This document shows, in pieces, positions 19,602 to 29,773 of a stretch of 64,000 bases of DNA (positions within the stretch are counted from its first letter, which is position 1; every line of letters starts with the position of its first letter). Made by a program: the position numbers and the translations under genes. The notes beneath the pieces are model-generated. The model was not told the origin of the DNA, did not search any database, and worked only from the letters and a program-made list of their open reading frames with translations. Source of the DNA: Parvularcula sp. BBD 1991-13 (lineage in GTDB: Bacteria; Pseudomonadota; Alphaproteobacteria; Caulobacterales; Parvularculaceae); contig LYSZ01000010.1 in the NCBI GenBank assembly GCA_001657385.1, forward strand, positions 32,394 to 96,393, given 5' to 3'.

Positions 19602-20900
19602 TCATGAGGCGGGCGCGCCGATCAGGCTGTCGCCGTCCCGCCCGGTCAGGACGACGCGGACGATCTCGCCCGGGACGCCGGCCCGGCTTCCGGCGTCGCC
19701 GGCGAGACGCACCGGCGCGAAATTGCCGAGCCGCGCGCGGGCGCCGCTTTCCTGCACCGCGTCCTGTTCCCCGCCGACAAGGCTGTCGAGAAAGGCGTGG
19801 AGCGCGCGCGCCGCAGTGGCGCGCAGCCGCGCGGCGCGTTCTTTCACCACGGCGCGGTCAAGTTGGGGCATGCGCGCGGCGGGCGTTCCGGCGCGGGGAG
19901 AGAAAGGGAAGACATGCAGATAGTTGAGGCCGGCCTCGTCGATGATGTCGAGGCTGCGCTGGAACATCTCCTCGGTCTCCGTCGGAAAGCCGGCGATGAT
20001 GTCGGCGCCGAATGCGATGTCGGGCCGGCGCGCGCGAAGCGCACGGCACAGCTCGATCGCCTGCGCGCGGCTGTGGCGGCGCTTCATGCGTTTCAGGATC
20101 AAATCGTCCCCGGATTGCAGCGACAGATGCAGATACGGCGCAACGCGCGCGTCGCCGGCGATGCGCTCCCTCAGTTCGTCGTCGATCTCGGCGCCGTCGA
20201 TGGAGGACAGCCGCAGGCGGTAAAGATCAGGGACTGCGTCCAGCACCGCCCCCACGAGCGCGCCGAGGCGTGGCGCGCCGTCGAGGTCCGCGCCGTAGGA
20301 CGTGATGTCGACGCCGGTCAGCACCAGTTCGCGGTGACCGGCCCCGGTCAGTCGGCGCGCCTGCTCGATGACCGCCGCGAGGGGAACCGACCGGGAATTG
20401 CCCCGGCCGTAAGGGATGACGCAGAACGTGCAGCGATGGTCGCAGCCGTTCTGGATCTGGAGGAAAGCCCGGGCGCGGTCGCCGTACCCGTCGATCATGT
20501 GTCCGGCGGTGTCGCGCACCGACATGATGTCGTTGACCTGAAGCCGGGGCGGCGCGTCTGGTGCGGGTGCGTCTGGCCCGGACGCGGCGAGGCCGCGCCA
20601 GGTGTCGGCGGTCAGTTTTTCCCGGTTGCCGATCACCGCGTCGACCTCCGGCATGGCGGCGAACCCTTCCGGGTCGATCTGCGCGGCGCAGCCGGTCACG
20701 ACGATGCGCGCGTCGGGGCGTTCGCGGCGGGCGCGGCGAATGCGCTGGCGGGCGGTGCGGACCGCCTCATTGGTGACGGCGCAGCTGTTGACGATGACGG
20801 CGTTGTCCAGCCCCGCGTTCGCGCCCATCCGGCGCATGGCTTCGCTTTCCGCGGCGTTGAGGCGGCAGCCCAGGGTGATGATGTCGACGTCTTTCGCCAT
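19602..20900 (-). CDS. mtaB: tRNA t6A37 methylthiotransferase MtaB
   Basis: TLGCRLNAAESE, NSCAVT, TGCAAQ, radical SAM CDHRCTFC, HLSLQSG; short 345-400 aa C-terminus typical of alphaproteobacterial MtaB. Confidence 0.9.
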   Translation of the reverse strand: MAKDVDIITLGCRLNAAESEAMRRMGANAGLDNAVIVNSCAVTNEAVRTARQRIRRARRERPDARIVVTGCAAQIDPEGFAAMPEVDAVIGNREKLTADTWRGLAASGPDAPAPDAPPRLQVNDIMSVRDTAGHMIDGYGDRARAFLQIQNGCDHRCTFCVIPYGRGNSRSVPLAAVIEQARRLTGAGHRELVLTGVDITSYGADLDGAPRLGALVGAVLDAVPDLYRLRLSSIDGAEIDDELRERIAGDARVAPYLHLSLQSGDDLILKRMKRRHSRAQAIELCRALRARRPDIAFGADIIAGFPTETEEMFQRSLDIIDEAGLNYLHVFPFSPRAGTPAARMPQLDRAVVKERAARLRATAARALHAFLDSLVGGEQDAVQESGARARLGNFAPVRLAGDAGSRAGVPGEIVRVVLTGRDGDSLIGAPAS

Positions 20901-20984
20901 GACCGCGCCTATTTGGGCGATTGCGCGGCGAAGAACAAGGCGGGGCGCGCCTTCAATCGCGCGCCGGCGCTTCCGTCGCGGGGC

Positions 20985-21404
20985 TCAGCCCGCTGCGGTT
21001 TGCAGCGGCGGCGTCGCGGCCGCGGGCGCGCGCCCGTCGTCGATCCTGCGGTCGGTGAGCGCGTCCGCGCGCAGGCAGCGCATCACCTGATAGTAATCCC
21101 CGGCCTCGATCTTGGCTTCGATCGCCGTGCGCAGGTCGCCGGCGGAGAAGGTCTCCAGCGCGCTTTGCAGGATCGCCGCCGCCTCGCTGTTGGTGATCTC
21201 CCCCGAAACCGCAAGCTGGGCGATATAGTAAACCCGTTTCAGCGGCGTGTCGGCCTCCTCGGGTTTCAGCGCGTCGCGCATGCGCAGCACGTGCGCGCCT
21301 TCCGTCTTGATGCGGAGCCGGGCGTTGCGGTCGCCGTTTTCGACCAGAACGCCGTTGATCATCAGCTCTTCGCGCGGGCGGAGTTTTAAGATCAGTCCTG
21401 ACAT
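20985..21404 (-). CDS. flbT: Flagellar biosynthesis regulator FlbT
   Basis: MSGLILKLRPREELMINGVLVENGDRNARL..VLRMRDALKPEEADTPLKRVYY. Confidence 0.85.
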   Translation of the reverse strand: MSGLILKLRPREELMINGVLVENGDRNARLRIKTEGAHVLRMRDALKPEEADTPLKRVYYIAQLAVSGEITNSEAAAILQSALETFSAGDLRTAIEAKIEAGDYYQVMRCLRADALTDRRIDDGRAPAAATPPLQTAAG

Positions 21405-21430
21405 TCGATACGCCCCATGTCTGCAATTTA

Positions 21431-21451
21431 TAGTTGCTATATATACAACTA
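21431..21451. promoter_or_regulatory. Inverted repeat TAGTTG-N9-CAACTA upstream of flbT
   Basis: Perfect 6-bp arms in a very AT-rich spacer. Confidence 0.45.
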
Positions 21452-21490
21452 AAGATTGTGTATTAACAAGTTATGAAGCGTCGTTTCAGG

Positions 21491-22582
21491 TCAGTTTTCC
21501 ATCGCCAGGAGAATCGCGAAACCGACCACCATGAAAAGGGCGAAGGGAAAGAACGCCCCGATGATCGCCGGCAGGACGCCCAGCTTGCCAAGGGCGAGGG
21601 CCAGGTTTTCCGCCACGAAATAGGCGAAGCCGAGGGCCGACCCGGAGACCGCCCGGGCCAGCAGCACCCCCTGGCGGTGAACCCCGAAACCGGCGATCGC
21701 CCCGAGAAGCGGCATCACCAGGGTCGCCATGGGCTGCGAGAACCGGCTGAGGAGCGAGGTCATGGCCGCGCGGGTGTCGGCGTTGTCCTCCTTCAACTGG
21801 CCGATCTTGACGATCAGCTCCGCCATGGTGGTCTGGTCCGGCTCAAGGGTGAGGGCGAACAGGAACTCCGGATCAAGGGCGTTGGTCCAGACCGCGTTTT
21901 CGCTCGTCTCCACGGCGAGGGTGCCGGCGTTCATGATCCGCACGCCGTAAAGCCGCCAGGCGCCTTCGATGTGGCGCGCCGCGCGCGCGCGTGTCAGCCG
22001 CGAGATCAACTGGTTGGAATCGAAGCTGACAATGGTCACGTCGGTCAGCAGGATCGCTTCGCCAAATCGCGCCGCGCTCGCCGCGGAGATGAATTCATCG
22101 TCGAAATTGATCCGAATGTCCGTGCGCGTCTCGCTCTCCGGCTCAAGATCGAGGGCGTAGTCGTTGACCGCCCAGTAGTCCAGCCGCTCTGCCGCCCGCA
22201 CCGCGACCGTCTCGTTGAATGCGAAATGCGCGCCGGCGATCAGCGCGCAGACGATTCCGAGCGGGGCGAGAACGCGGTGTACGGACAGCCCCGCGGCGCG
22301 CATGATGGTGATCTCGCTGGTGTGGCTGAGGCCCGCAAGCGTGAGCACGATGGCGAGGAGCGCGGCGAAGGGGGTGAACTGACGGATCAGTTGCGGCGCC
22401 TGCAGCGAGATGTAGCGCGCGATCGACGCGACGCCCGCACCCTCCACCGCCATCAGGTCGTCGGAGCGGTTCAGCAGGTCGAGCATCTGCAGGATGACGA
22501 CGAAAAACACGAGCAGCCCGAAAAAGCGGATCAGGAACAGCCGTCCGACATAGAAGACGAAGACGCCGCGCACCGGGGTCAT
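21491..22582 (-). CDS. lptG: LPS export ABC permease LptG
   Basis: YjgP/Q-type topology, SEITIMRAAGLS; ATGA overlap with lptF stop. Confidence 0.88.
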   Translation of the reverse strand: MTPVRGVFVFYVGRLFLIRFFGLLVFFVVILQMLDLLNRSDDLMAVEGAGVASIARYISLQAPQLIRQFTPFAALLAIVLTLAGLSHTSEITIMRAAGLSVHRVLAPLGIVCALIAGAHFAFNETVAVRAAERLDYWAVNDYALDLEPESETRTDIRINFDDEFISAASAARFGEAILLTDVTIVSFDSNQLISRLTRARAARHIEGAWRLYGVRIMNAGTLAVETSENAVWTNALDPEFLFALTLEPDQTTMAELIVKIGQLKEDNADTRAAMTSLLSRFSQPMATLVMPLLGAIAGFGVHRQGVLLARAVSGSALGFAYFVAENLALALGKLGVLPAIIGAFFPFALFMVVGFAILLAMEN

Positions 22583-23763
22583 TCCGCAGCTTCCCTGCGT
22601 TGCAGGGCGGCGATGCGCACCGGCTCCTTGTCGCGCCGCGCCATCACCTTGGCCGCGCGCGCCTGGTCGATGGAGCCGGTGTACAGGAACAGCGAGACGA
22701 CGGCGAAAAGGGCGAACACCCCCCACATGGAGATATAGGGCGACATCGCGCCTTCGCCGGCCACCACCTTGCCCCACTCCTCAAGGATCTCGTGATAGAC
22801 GATCAGGATGGCCACGCCGATCACCGGCTTCAGGTTGGAGGCGCGGCGGCGCCCGGTGACGCCCATGGCGACGGCGAGGATCGGCATGATCAGGAAGGTC
22901 AGCGGATGGATCAGCCGCCAGTGCAGGCCGGCGCGGTAGTCGGCGTAAAGCGGGGAGGTCTCCGGCGTTTGCGCGCGCAACAGCGCGACGATCTCGTTGA
23001 TGGTCGCCTCGCGTTCGTCGCCGCCCCGTTCGCGGAACACGCCGATCGTCGGCAGGTCCACCTCAAGGTCGAAGCTGTCGAAGTTGAGCGCCTGGATCTG
23101 TTCGCCCAGCGGGTCGATGATGACCTGCCGGCCCTGTTCGAGTTTCAACAGCAGGCTTTCGATTTCCGGCGTGGTCGAGATCGCGCCGTAGCGCGCGGTG
23201 ATCACCGTGAGCCCGCCGTCCCGTGTCTTGCGTTCCAGATAGATTTCGCGCGCGTCGCGGGTTTCGGGGTTGATTTCCCCCAGGCGGATGGTGACGCGGT
23301 CGGTGATCTGGACGAATTCGCCGGCGGGGATCTTGATGCCGAGGGCGCCGGAAGTGACGTCGAATCGTATCTGCTGGTAGGTGTAGCGCGCATAGGGCTG
23401 GATGTAGGAGACCAGCAGGAAGTCGACCGCCATCAGGAGGATTACCAGCATGTAGATGGGCCGCATCAGCCGGCCGAAGGACGCCCCGCTGGAGCTTAAC
23501 GCGTCCAGTTCGCTCGACATGGAGAGATTGCGAAACGCGAGCATGATGCCGAGAAACGTGCCGAGCGGCAGGGCGAGACCGAGATAATGCGGCACCAGAT
23601 TGGCGAGCATGCGCCAGACCACGTCCACCGGCCCCTGCTCGGCGAGAACGAAATCGAACAGGCGCAGCATCTGCTCCAGCATCAGCAGCATCGCCGCGAC
23701 CCCGAGGGCCAGCAATAACGGCGTGGCGACCGCCCGCAGGATGTAACGGTCAATCAGCGGCAT
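22579..23763 (-). CDS. lptF: LPS export ABC permease LptF
   Basis: MPLIDRYILR, LALPLGTFLG, SSELDALSSSGAS; tandem with lptG. Confidence 0.88.
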   Translation of the reverse strand: MPLIDRYILRAVATPLLLALGVAAMLLMLEQMLRLFDFVLAEQGPVDVVWRMLANLVPHYLGLALPLGTFLGIMLAFRNLSMSSELDALSSSGASFGRLMRPIYMLVILLMAVDFLLVSYIQPYARYTYQQIRFDVTSGALGIKIPAGEFVQITDRVTIRLGEINPETRDAREIYLERKTRDGGLTVITARYGAISTTPEIESLLLKLEQGRQVIIDPLGEQIQALNFDSFDLEVDLPTIGVFRERGGDEREATINEIVALLRAQTPETSPLYADYRAGLHWRLIHPLTFLIMPILAVAMGVTGRRRASNLKPVIGVAILIVYHEILEEWGKVVAGEGAMSPYISMWGVFALFAVVSLFLYTGSIDQARAAKVMARRDKEPVRIAALQRREAAE

Positions 23764-23929
23764 GATGCGGGGCTCGGCTCACCTCGTGCGGTCCACCGGA
23801 TGATGTTGGCGTTGCTTCCCCCCCGCCCGTCGGCGCGCGGTGGAAAATCGAATTCCGGCTCTGTAGCGAATTCCGCGCCCGTCCGAAAGGCGCAGGCGCC
23901 GAATCGGCGCGATTCCCGCGCGCTTTTGA

Positions 23930-24889
23930 TCAGGCCGCGGTTTTGTAGGATGTGCGCGCAAGGTGCGCGGTCGCCAGGAACATGACCGCGTTGAAAAGCT
24001 GGGACAGGCCCGCTTCGGCGACCAGCATCCCCGCCACCGCCGCCTCCGGCGCGCCGACGATCGGCGCCAGCGTCAGGGCGGCGCCGAGATAGACGATATC
24101 CTGGTTCGGCAGGAACGGCACCCGGCTCAGCACCAGTTGCAGGGCGATGAAGGTCAGCCAGGCCAGCAGCGGCGCGCCCGGCAGGGCCGCCGCGTACATG
24201 GCGGCGTGCAGCAGGATCAACAGCGCCTGCCGCCCGCCATGGACGGTGAGCAGCTTGGGCAGGACGCCCTTGGGCAGGGCCATCAGCTTCTCGCGGAAGG
24301 TCATCACCAGCACCGAGAGGAGCCCCGCCGAAATGAAGGCGAACGCAAACAGCCATCCGGCGCCCGGGAAGGCCTCGACGCCGGCCCTGAGGCTGCCGGT
24401 GGCGGCGAGCACGAGGATCAGGATCACCGTCGCCGCGTTGGAGGTGAAGGCCGACAGGAGGTTGTTGTCCTTCACCCCGACAATGATCCGCTTGTCCGAC
24501 AGGGACAAACGCCGGCGCGCCCACAGCGTCAGGAACGCTTCGCCGGAATACCCCATCACCGCGAAGTTGTAGACGCGCTTGCGGATGAAAACGAAGAAAT
24601 GCCGGATCAGGGAGCGCGACCAGACGATCTCGTAGATCGCCACTTCCGACAGCGGCAGGGTGAAAAAGCGCAGCACGAAAAAGGCGTAAAACCACGGCGA
24701 GGACGGCAGGGATTCCGCCACGTCGGTCCAGCCGACCTCGGACAGTTTCTTGACGAGGTAAAGGATGATGGCGCCGAACAGGGCGTACTGGGCGTATTTC
24801 AGGACGCGCTGCACGCCCGGCCGCTCGCGCAGGATCTGCCAGCGGTCGTTCACGGCGCGCGCCGCCGACTTGAGAGCCTCAACGTTCAT
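23930..24889 (-). CDS. Integral membrane protein, flippase/lysylphosphatidylglycerol synthase TM-like
   Basis: Multi-TM 319-aa protein directly downstream of a GT4; family assignment tentative. Confidence 0.55.
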   Translation of the reverse strand: MNVEALKSAARAVNDRWQILRERPGVQRVLKYAQYALFGAIILYLVKKLSEVGWTDVAESLPSSPWFYAFFVLRFFTLPLSEVAIYEIVWSRSLIRHFFVFIRKRVYNFAVMGYSGEAFLTLWARRRLSLSDKRIIVGVKDNNLLSAFTSNAATVILILVLAATGSLRAGVEAFPGAGWLFAFAFISAGLLSVLVMTFREKLMALPKGVLPKLLTVHGGRQALLILLHAAMYAAALPGAPLLAWLTFIALQLVLSRVPFLPNQDIVYLGAALTLAPIVGAPEAAVAGMLVAEAGLSQLFNAVMFLATAHLARTSYKTAA

Positions 24890-24987
24890 TGGCGAGCCTG
24901 GGGTTGTCGGCGAGCATGGCGTCCCTGCTTGTGCGCCTCTGCGTGTTGCATCTTTGCGCGGTTCGGCGGCATCGTGGACTTGAACGG

Positions 24988-26256
24988 TTAAGACGCCGCA
25001 TTCTGTCGCCGCGCCGCGGATGAGGCCGAGGGGACGAAACCGTCGATCGCTTCACGGTAATGCCCGACCAGTTCGGCCAGCACCGCGTCCCAGGAAAAAT
25101 CGGCGCTGCGCGCGCGCGCCGCCGCGCCGAAACGCCGCCGCAGCGCGCCGTCGGCGCCCAGCGCCGCCAGCCTGTCCGCGAAACCGTCAGCGCTCGGCGG
25201 CGCCAGGAAGCCGGTCACCCCGTCCTCCACCAGGGACTTGCTGCCCGCCGCCTCGGCGCAGATCGACGGCAGGCCGCACGCCATGGCTTCGAGGGTGACG
25301 TTGCCGAAGGTCTCGGTAATGCTGGGATTGAAAAAGATATCGGCGCTTGCGTAAGCCCGCGCCAGCTGTTCGCCCTCTTGGTAGCCGATGAACGCTCCGC
25401 CGGGCAGCTTCTGCTCGAAGGCGGCGCGCTCCGGCCCCTCGCCCACCACCAGGGCGCGCAAGGACGGGTTCGCGGCGCGGGCTTTCAGGAACGCCTCGGT
25501 GAAGATGTCGATGCCCTTTTCCAGCACCACCCGGCCGACGAAGGCGACCACCACTTCGGTCTCGGCGAAGCCCTGCGCGGCGCGCCAGGCCATGTCGCGA
25601 CGGTCCGGGCTGAACAGCTCGCTGTCGACGCCGCGGGTCCAGATCCTCACGTCCCGGCCGATGCCGTCGGCGACCAGCTCGTCGATCATCGATTGCGACG
25701 GCGCGTAGACGTGCTCGCAGCGGCTGTAGAAATGGCGCATGTAGTTCGTCAGATGCTTCTCCAGCCAGCCCATGTTGTAGTAGCGCGGATAGGTGTCGAA
25801 GCGCGTGTGAAAGGATGCGACCGCCGGCACGCCGTGATCGCGGGCGTAATTGAGCGCGCCATAGGCGGTGACGTCCGGCGCCGCGACGTGGATGAGCGTC
25901 GGCCTGAACGCTTCCAGCCGCCGCCGCGCGGCGCCGCGCAGGCCGAGGCCGAGCCGGTATTCGCTGCGCTTGCCGGGCAGGGGGAGCGACGGCACCGAAA
26001 TCAGCGTGCCGCTGTGCTCAAAGGCCGGCGTCCTGGTGGTCGGCGCGAAAACCAGCACGTCGTGCCCGTTCCGTTCAAGATAGGCGACCAGCGTGTTGAG
26101 CGCGCGCACCGGTCCGTCCATGACGTAGTTGTAGTTGCCGGAGAACAGCGCGACGCGCAGCGGGGCCGCGCGGGCGGCGTTCGTTTCGCCGGACGCCGGC
26201 GCTGCGGGCTCCAGCCTGGCGGCTTCCGGCCTGGCGGTTTCCGATCGCGTGTTCAT
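24988..26256 (-). CDS. Glycosyltransferase family 4 (glycolipid synthase-like)
   Basis: ALFSGNYNYVMDG, FVGRVVLEKG, ETFGNVTLEAMACG (EX7E). Confidence 0.9.
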   Translation of the reverse strand: MNTRSETARPEAARLEPAAPASGETNAARAAPLRVALFSGNYNYVMDGPVRALNTLVAYLERNGHDVLVFAPTTRTPAFEHSGTLISVPSLPLPGKRSEYRLGLGLRGAARRRLEAFRPTLIHVAAPDVTAYGALNYARDHGVPAVASFHTRFDTYPRYYNMGWLEKHLTNYMRHFYSRCEHVYAPSQSMIDELVADGIGRDVRIWTRGVDSELFSPDRRDMAWRAAQGFAETEVVVAFVGRVVLEKGIDIFTEAFLKARAANPSLRALVVGEGPERAAFEQKLPGGAFIGYQEGEQLARAYASADIFFNPSITETFGNVTLEAMACGLPSICAEAAGSKSLVEDGVTGFLAPPSADGFADRLAALGADGALRRRFGAAARARSADFSWDAVLAELVGHYREAIDGFVPSASSAARRQNAAS

Positions 26257-26416
26257 AGGGCGCGCCTGTTATTGGGCCGCGGGTCGGGGGCGGCGTTGCA
26301 GCTGTCGCGCGGGGGCTGTCGCGTCGGCCCCCGCGAAGGGAGCTAAACAGCATTTACCCGCGCGATGATCAAGCGTCCGTGTCGTGGCGCCCGGCGCTGC
26401 GTCTTGCGGGGCTGGA

Positions 26417-27361
26417 TCAGGCGCCCAGCTTTTTCTCGATCCAGTCGATGAACAGGGCGGAGATGTCCGCCCCGCCGAAGCGGCGCACTTCCTGGACCCC
26501 GGTGGGGGAGGTCACGTTGATCTCCGTCAGCCAGTCGCCGATGACGTCGATCCCGGCGAAGACAAGGCCGCGCTCCGAAAGCGCGGGGCCGATGCGTTCG
26601 CAGATCTCGCGGTCGCGGGCCGACATCTCCACGGCCTCGGCGCGCCCGCCCACATGCATGTTGGAGCGCGCCTCGCCCGGCGCGGGGACCCGGTTGATGG
26701 CGCCGACCGCCTCGCCATCAAGCAGGATGATCCGCTTGTCCCCGGTGGTGACGGCGGGCAGGAATTTCTGCGCGATCATCGGCTCACGGAAGGTCAGCTC
26801 AAAGAGTTCCAGGAGCGCGTTGAAGTTTCCGTCGTCCGGTTTGACGCGGAAAACCCCAGCGCCCCCGTTGCCGTAAAGCGGCTTCAGGATCATGTCGCCG
26901 TGCTCGGCGCGAAAGGCCCGCACCGCGTCGGCGTCGCTGGTGATCAGGGTCGGCGGGGTGAGGTCGAGAAACTCCGTCACGAAAAGCTTTTCCGGCGCGT
27001 CGCGAATGGCGCGCGGATCGTTCAGGACAAGGACGTCCGGCGCCAGCCGCTCAAGGATCTGCGCCGCCGTGATATAGGCCATGTCGAAGGGCGGGTCCTG
27101 CCGCACCAGGAGCGCGTCCATGGACCGCAGGTCGACCGTCTCCGGCGCCGCCAGCGCCGCATGTTCGCCCTGCCGGCGCGCCAGCGTCTCGGCGCGCCGC
27201 GCCCGGGCGAGGACGTCGGCGCCGTTCAGTTGCAGCGCCCGCGGGTGATAGACCCAGACTTCGTGTCCCCGGCCGAAGGCTTCCAGAGCCATGTCGAAAC
27301 TGGTGTCGGCGTTGACGTCGACCGATTCAATCGGGTCCATCTGGATGGCGATTTTCAGCAT
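26417..27361 (-). CDS. gshB: Glutathione synthetase
   Basis: IQMDPIES, RQDPPFDMAY, PEKLF, KPLYGNGG, RSNMHVGG, EINVTSPTG. Confidence 0.97.
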   Translation of the reverse strand: MLKIAIQMDPIESVDVNADTSFDMALEAFGRGHEVWVYHPRALQLNGADVLARARRAETLARRQGEHAALAAPETVDLRSMDALLVRQDPPFDMAYITAAQILERLAPDVLVLNDPRAIRDAPEKLFVTEFLDLTPPTLITSDADAVRAFRAEHGDMILKPLYGNGGAGVFRVKPDDGNFNALLELFELTFREPMIAQKFLPAVTTGDKRIILLDGEAVGAINRVPAPGEARSNMHVGGRAEAVEMSARDREICERIGPALSERGLVFAGIDVIGDWLTEINVTSPTGVQEVRRFGGADISALFIDWIEKKLGA

Positions 27362-27427
27362 GGGGATCTCGTTGCGGGGCTTGGGGGTTTATGGACTGAC
27401 GCGCTTGCGGGCTTTGAGCGCCGCTCG

Positions 27428-27988
27428 TTATCGGCGCGGCTGGGCGGGCGCCAAGGGCGGCTTGACGACGACGTGGTTGACCACTTTTTCCACCCCGGAG
27501 ATCGAACTTGCGATGCCCAGCGCCGTGTCCAGCTCGGCCTGGGTGCGCGCATCGCCGATGAGATAGACGACGCCCTTGGAGACCGCGATCTTGTAGCGTC
27601 CGCTGGTGACGTCCTCGGCGCCGATCAGGCGCGCGCGCAGCACCTGGTCGATGCGGCTGTCCTCGAAGCCCTGCGAAAAGCCGGTGCCCTCCCCGACGAT
27701 GATTTCGTCGATCACCTGGGTCACGCCATCGGCGCGCCAGGCGTTTTCGATCAGCTTTTCGCGGCCGTCTTCGGTCGCCATGGAGCCTGTCAGCATCAGG
27801 CGTCCCTCATGGATGGTGATGTCCACGTCGCCGTAATCGTGGTTGCGGTCGCTGAAGAGGATGCCGCGCAGTTCCGAGCTTGCCGAGAAGTCCGAAAACG
27901 TATCGTCGATCGACCGGCTCGAGGCGCAGGCGGCGAGCCCCGCCGCGGCGAAGGCGAGGACGCAGAGGCGAAGGAGGGGAAAACTCAT
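27428..27988 (-). CDS. BON domain lipoprotein (DolP/YraP-like)
   Basis: Lipobox LAAC, two BON-like repeats, located next to yraN-rsmI. Confidence 0.85.
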   Translation of the reverse strand: MSFPLLRLCVLAFAAAGLAACASSRSIDDTFSDFSASSELRGILFSDRNHDYGDVDITIHEGRLMLTGSMATEDGREKLIENAWRADGVTQVIDEIIVGEGTGFSQGFEDSRIDQVLRARLIGAEDVTSGRYKIAVSKGVVYLIGDARTQAELDTALGIASSISGVEKVVNHVVVKPPLAPAQPRR

Positions 27989-28178
27989 GACGGCGACTCC
28001 GTTGTGTGTTCTTAACATGCTTGCACGGTAACAGTTATTGCCCGCGCCGGTTCTGTCCCGCAGGCGAAACAAGGCCCGGCCCGCATTTGTCTCGCCCCAT
28101 CATTCGCCCTGTTCGCCGGCGAGGGAAACCGGCTTTGTCGCTGCTCGCCGCGCCCTGTCGTTCCTGGCCGCGATGCGG

Positions 28179-28218
28179 CGTTTCCTGTCGCGGTCCGTCG
28201 TTTCCTGTCGCGGTCCGG
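28179..28218 (+). repeat. 2 x 20-bp tandem repeat CGTTTCCTGTCGCGGTCCG plus degenerate upstream copy
   Basis: Units at 28179 and 28199. Confidence 0.8.
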
Positions 28219-28223
28219 CGGGG

Positions 28224-28601
28224 TCAGGCGCGGTCGCGCCAGGCGTCCGGCACATGCCGCAGGCGCCAGCCCGCCACGGCGATGATATCGTATCGGCGCA
28301 TGCATTCGGCAAGCGCGCGGCGGCGGGAAAGGTAAAGATCCGCCGCGGCGGCGACGCGGGCGCGGTTGCGCGGCCCTACCGCCTCGACGGCGTCGTCGAG
28401 ACGCCCTCGCGCCTTGACCTCGACAAACGCCAGGAGGGCGCCGCGGCGGGCGACAAGGTCGATCTCGCCGGCCGGGTTTTTCATTCGCCGCTCAAGGATG
28501 ACAAAGCCCTTCAGCATGAGTAGGGCCGCCGCCAGCCATTCGGCGCGCCGCCCCGCGCGTTCGGCCTGACGGCGTTGTTCTTGCCGGGGTTTTCCAGCCA
28601 T
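28224..28601 (-). CDS. yraN: YraN family (UPF0102) protein
   Basis: GRRAEWLAA..GEIDLVARRGALLAFVEVK, RYDIIAV. Confidence 0.93.
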   Translation of the reverse strand: MAGKPRQEQRRQAERAGRRAEWLAAALLMLKGFVILERRMKNPAGEIDLVARRGALLAFVEVKARGRLDDAVEAVGPRNRARVAAAADLYLSRRRALAECMRRYDIIAVAGWRLRHVPDAWRDRA

Positions 28602-28609
28602 ACCGGCGG

Positions 28610-29458
28610 TTAGGACCGCTTCTTGACGTCGAGCGCGCGGGCGTAGGCTTCCCCGCGCTTGACCCCGAAGGCTTCGGCGGCGGCGCCGGCGGCGTCCTTC
28701 ACGGTCATCTCCGTCAGCGCCTCGGCGAGGAAGTCGTCAAGCGCGGTAGGGCTGACCGCCTGCGCCGCCGGCGGATAGACGATAATGACGATTTCGCCCC
28801 GGGTCGGCGCCGCCCGGTAGCGCCCGGCGAGGGCGTCGAGCGAGCCTTCGCGAAAGGTTTCGTGCAGCTTGGTGAGTTCGCGGGCGACGACCGCGCGGCG
28901 GGCGCCGAAGGCCGCTTCCATCGCTTCGAGGCTGGCGGCGAGACGCGGCGCCGTCTCGTAGAAGATGAGCGCCGCGTCGACGGCCTTCAGCGCCTCGAAC
29001 AGCTTGGCGCGCGCGGCTTGTTTCGGGGGCGGAAAGCCGGCGAAGAAAAACCTGTCGCTGGGCGCGCCGGCGGCGGCGAGGGCCGCGAGGGCCGCCGACG
29101 GTCCGGGCAGCGGAAAGACGTCGATCCCGGCGTCGCGCGCCTCGCGCACAAGCTTGTAGCCCGGGTCGGCGATCAGCGGGGTCCCCGCGTCGGAGACAAG
29201 ACAGATGCGCGCCCCGCCTTGCAGTTTTTTAATGACGCCGGGACGCACCCGCGCGGCGTTATGATCGTGATAGGGGGCAAGCGGCGTTTCGATCCCGTAA
29301 GCGGCGCACAGCTTGGCGCTCTGGCGGGTGTCTTCGCACAGGATCAGGTCCGCCGATTTCAGGGCTTTCACGGCGCGATAGGTGATGTCGCCGAGATTGC
29401 CGATCGGCGTTGCTGTCACATAAAGGCCGGGTTTTAACTCTATGGTCGGCTCGATCAT
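28610..29458 (-). CDS. rsmI: 16S rRNA (cytidine1402-2'-O)-methyltransferase
   Basis: LYVTATPIGNLGDITYRA, CEDTR, VSDAGTPLIADPG, ARELTKLHE. Confidence 0.97.
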   Translation of the reverse strand: MIEPTIELKPGLYVTATPIGNLGDITYRAVKALKSADLILCEDTRQSAKLCAAYGIETPLAPYHDHNAARVRPGVIKKLQGGARICLVSDAGTPLIADPGYKLVREARDAGIDVFPLPGPSAALAALAAAGAPSDRFFFAGFPPPKQAARAKLFEALKAVDAALIFYETAPRLAASLEAMEAAFGARRAVVARELTKLHETFREGSLDALAGRYRAAPTRGEIVIIVYPPAAQAVSPTALDDFLAEALTEMTVKDAAGAAAEAFGVKRGEAYARALDVKKRS

Positions 29459-29773
29459 GGGATACAGCCTTGGCCTTCCCGGCGGGCGCCGTCAATCTCA
29501 CCGTTCGCGGCGCCCGGCGCGTTGCGCTCGAACGCTCGGCTTCGGCGCGTTGCTCCAGGCGTATCGCCGGGCGCATTATTGTGGGCGAACCGCGCCGCGC
29601 ATCGCGTGTTTACGGGCTTTGCGGGGGCGGCTAATCTCCGCACGGACCGTCCGGCGCCGATCCGCGCGCCCCGGTCCGCGCGCCGATCTGACCGGGCGAT
29701 GTAACCGGACGGCGGGCGAGAAGAGAACGGTTGTGAAGAGCGATTGTAAAGGGCGGCACAGAGGGCGGAAGCG

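Noticed and set aside
21405-21475. CtrA box or sigma54 promoter for flbT
   Set aside because: No TTAA-N7-TTAA and no GG-N10-GC spacing
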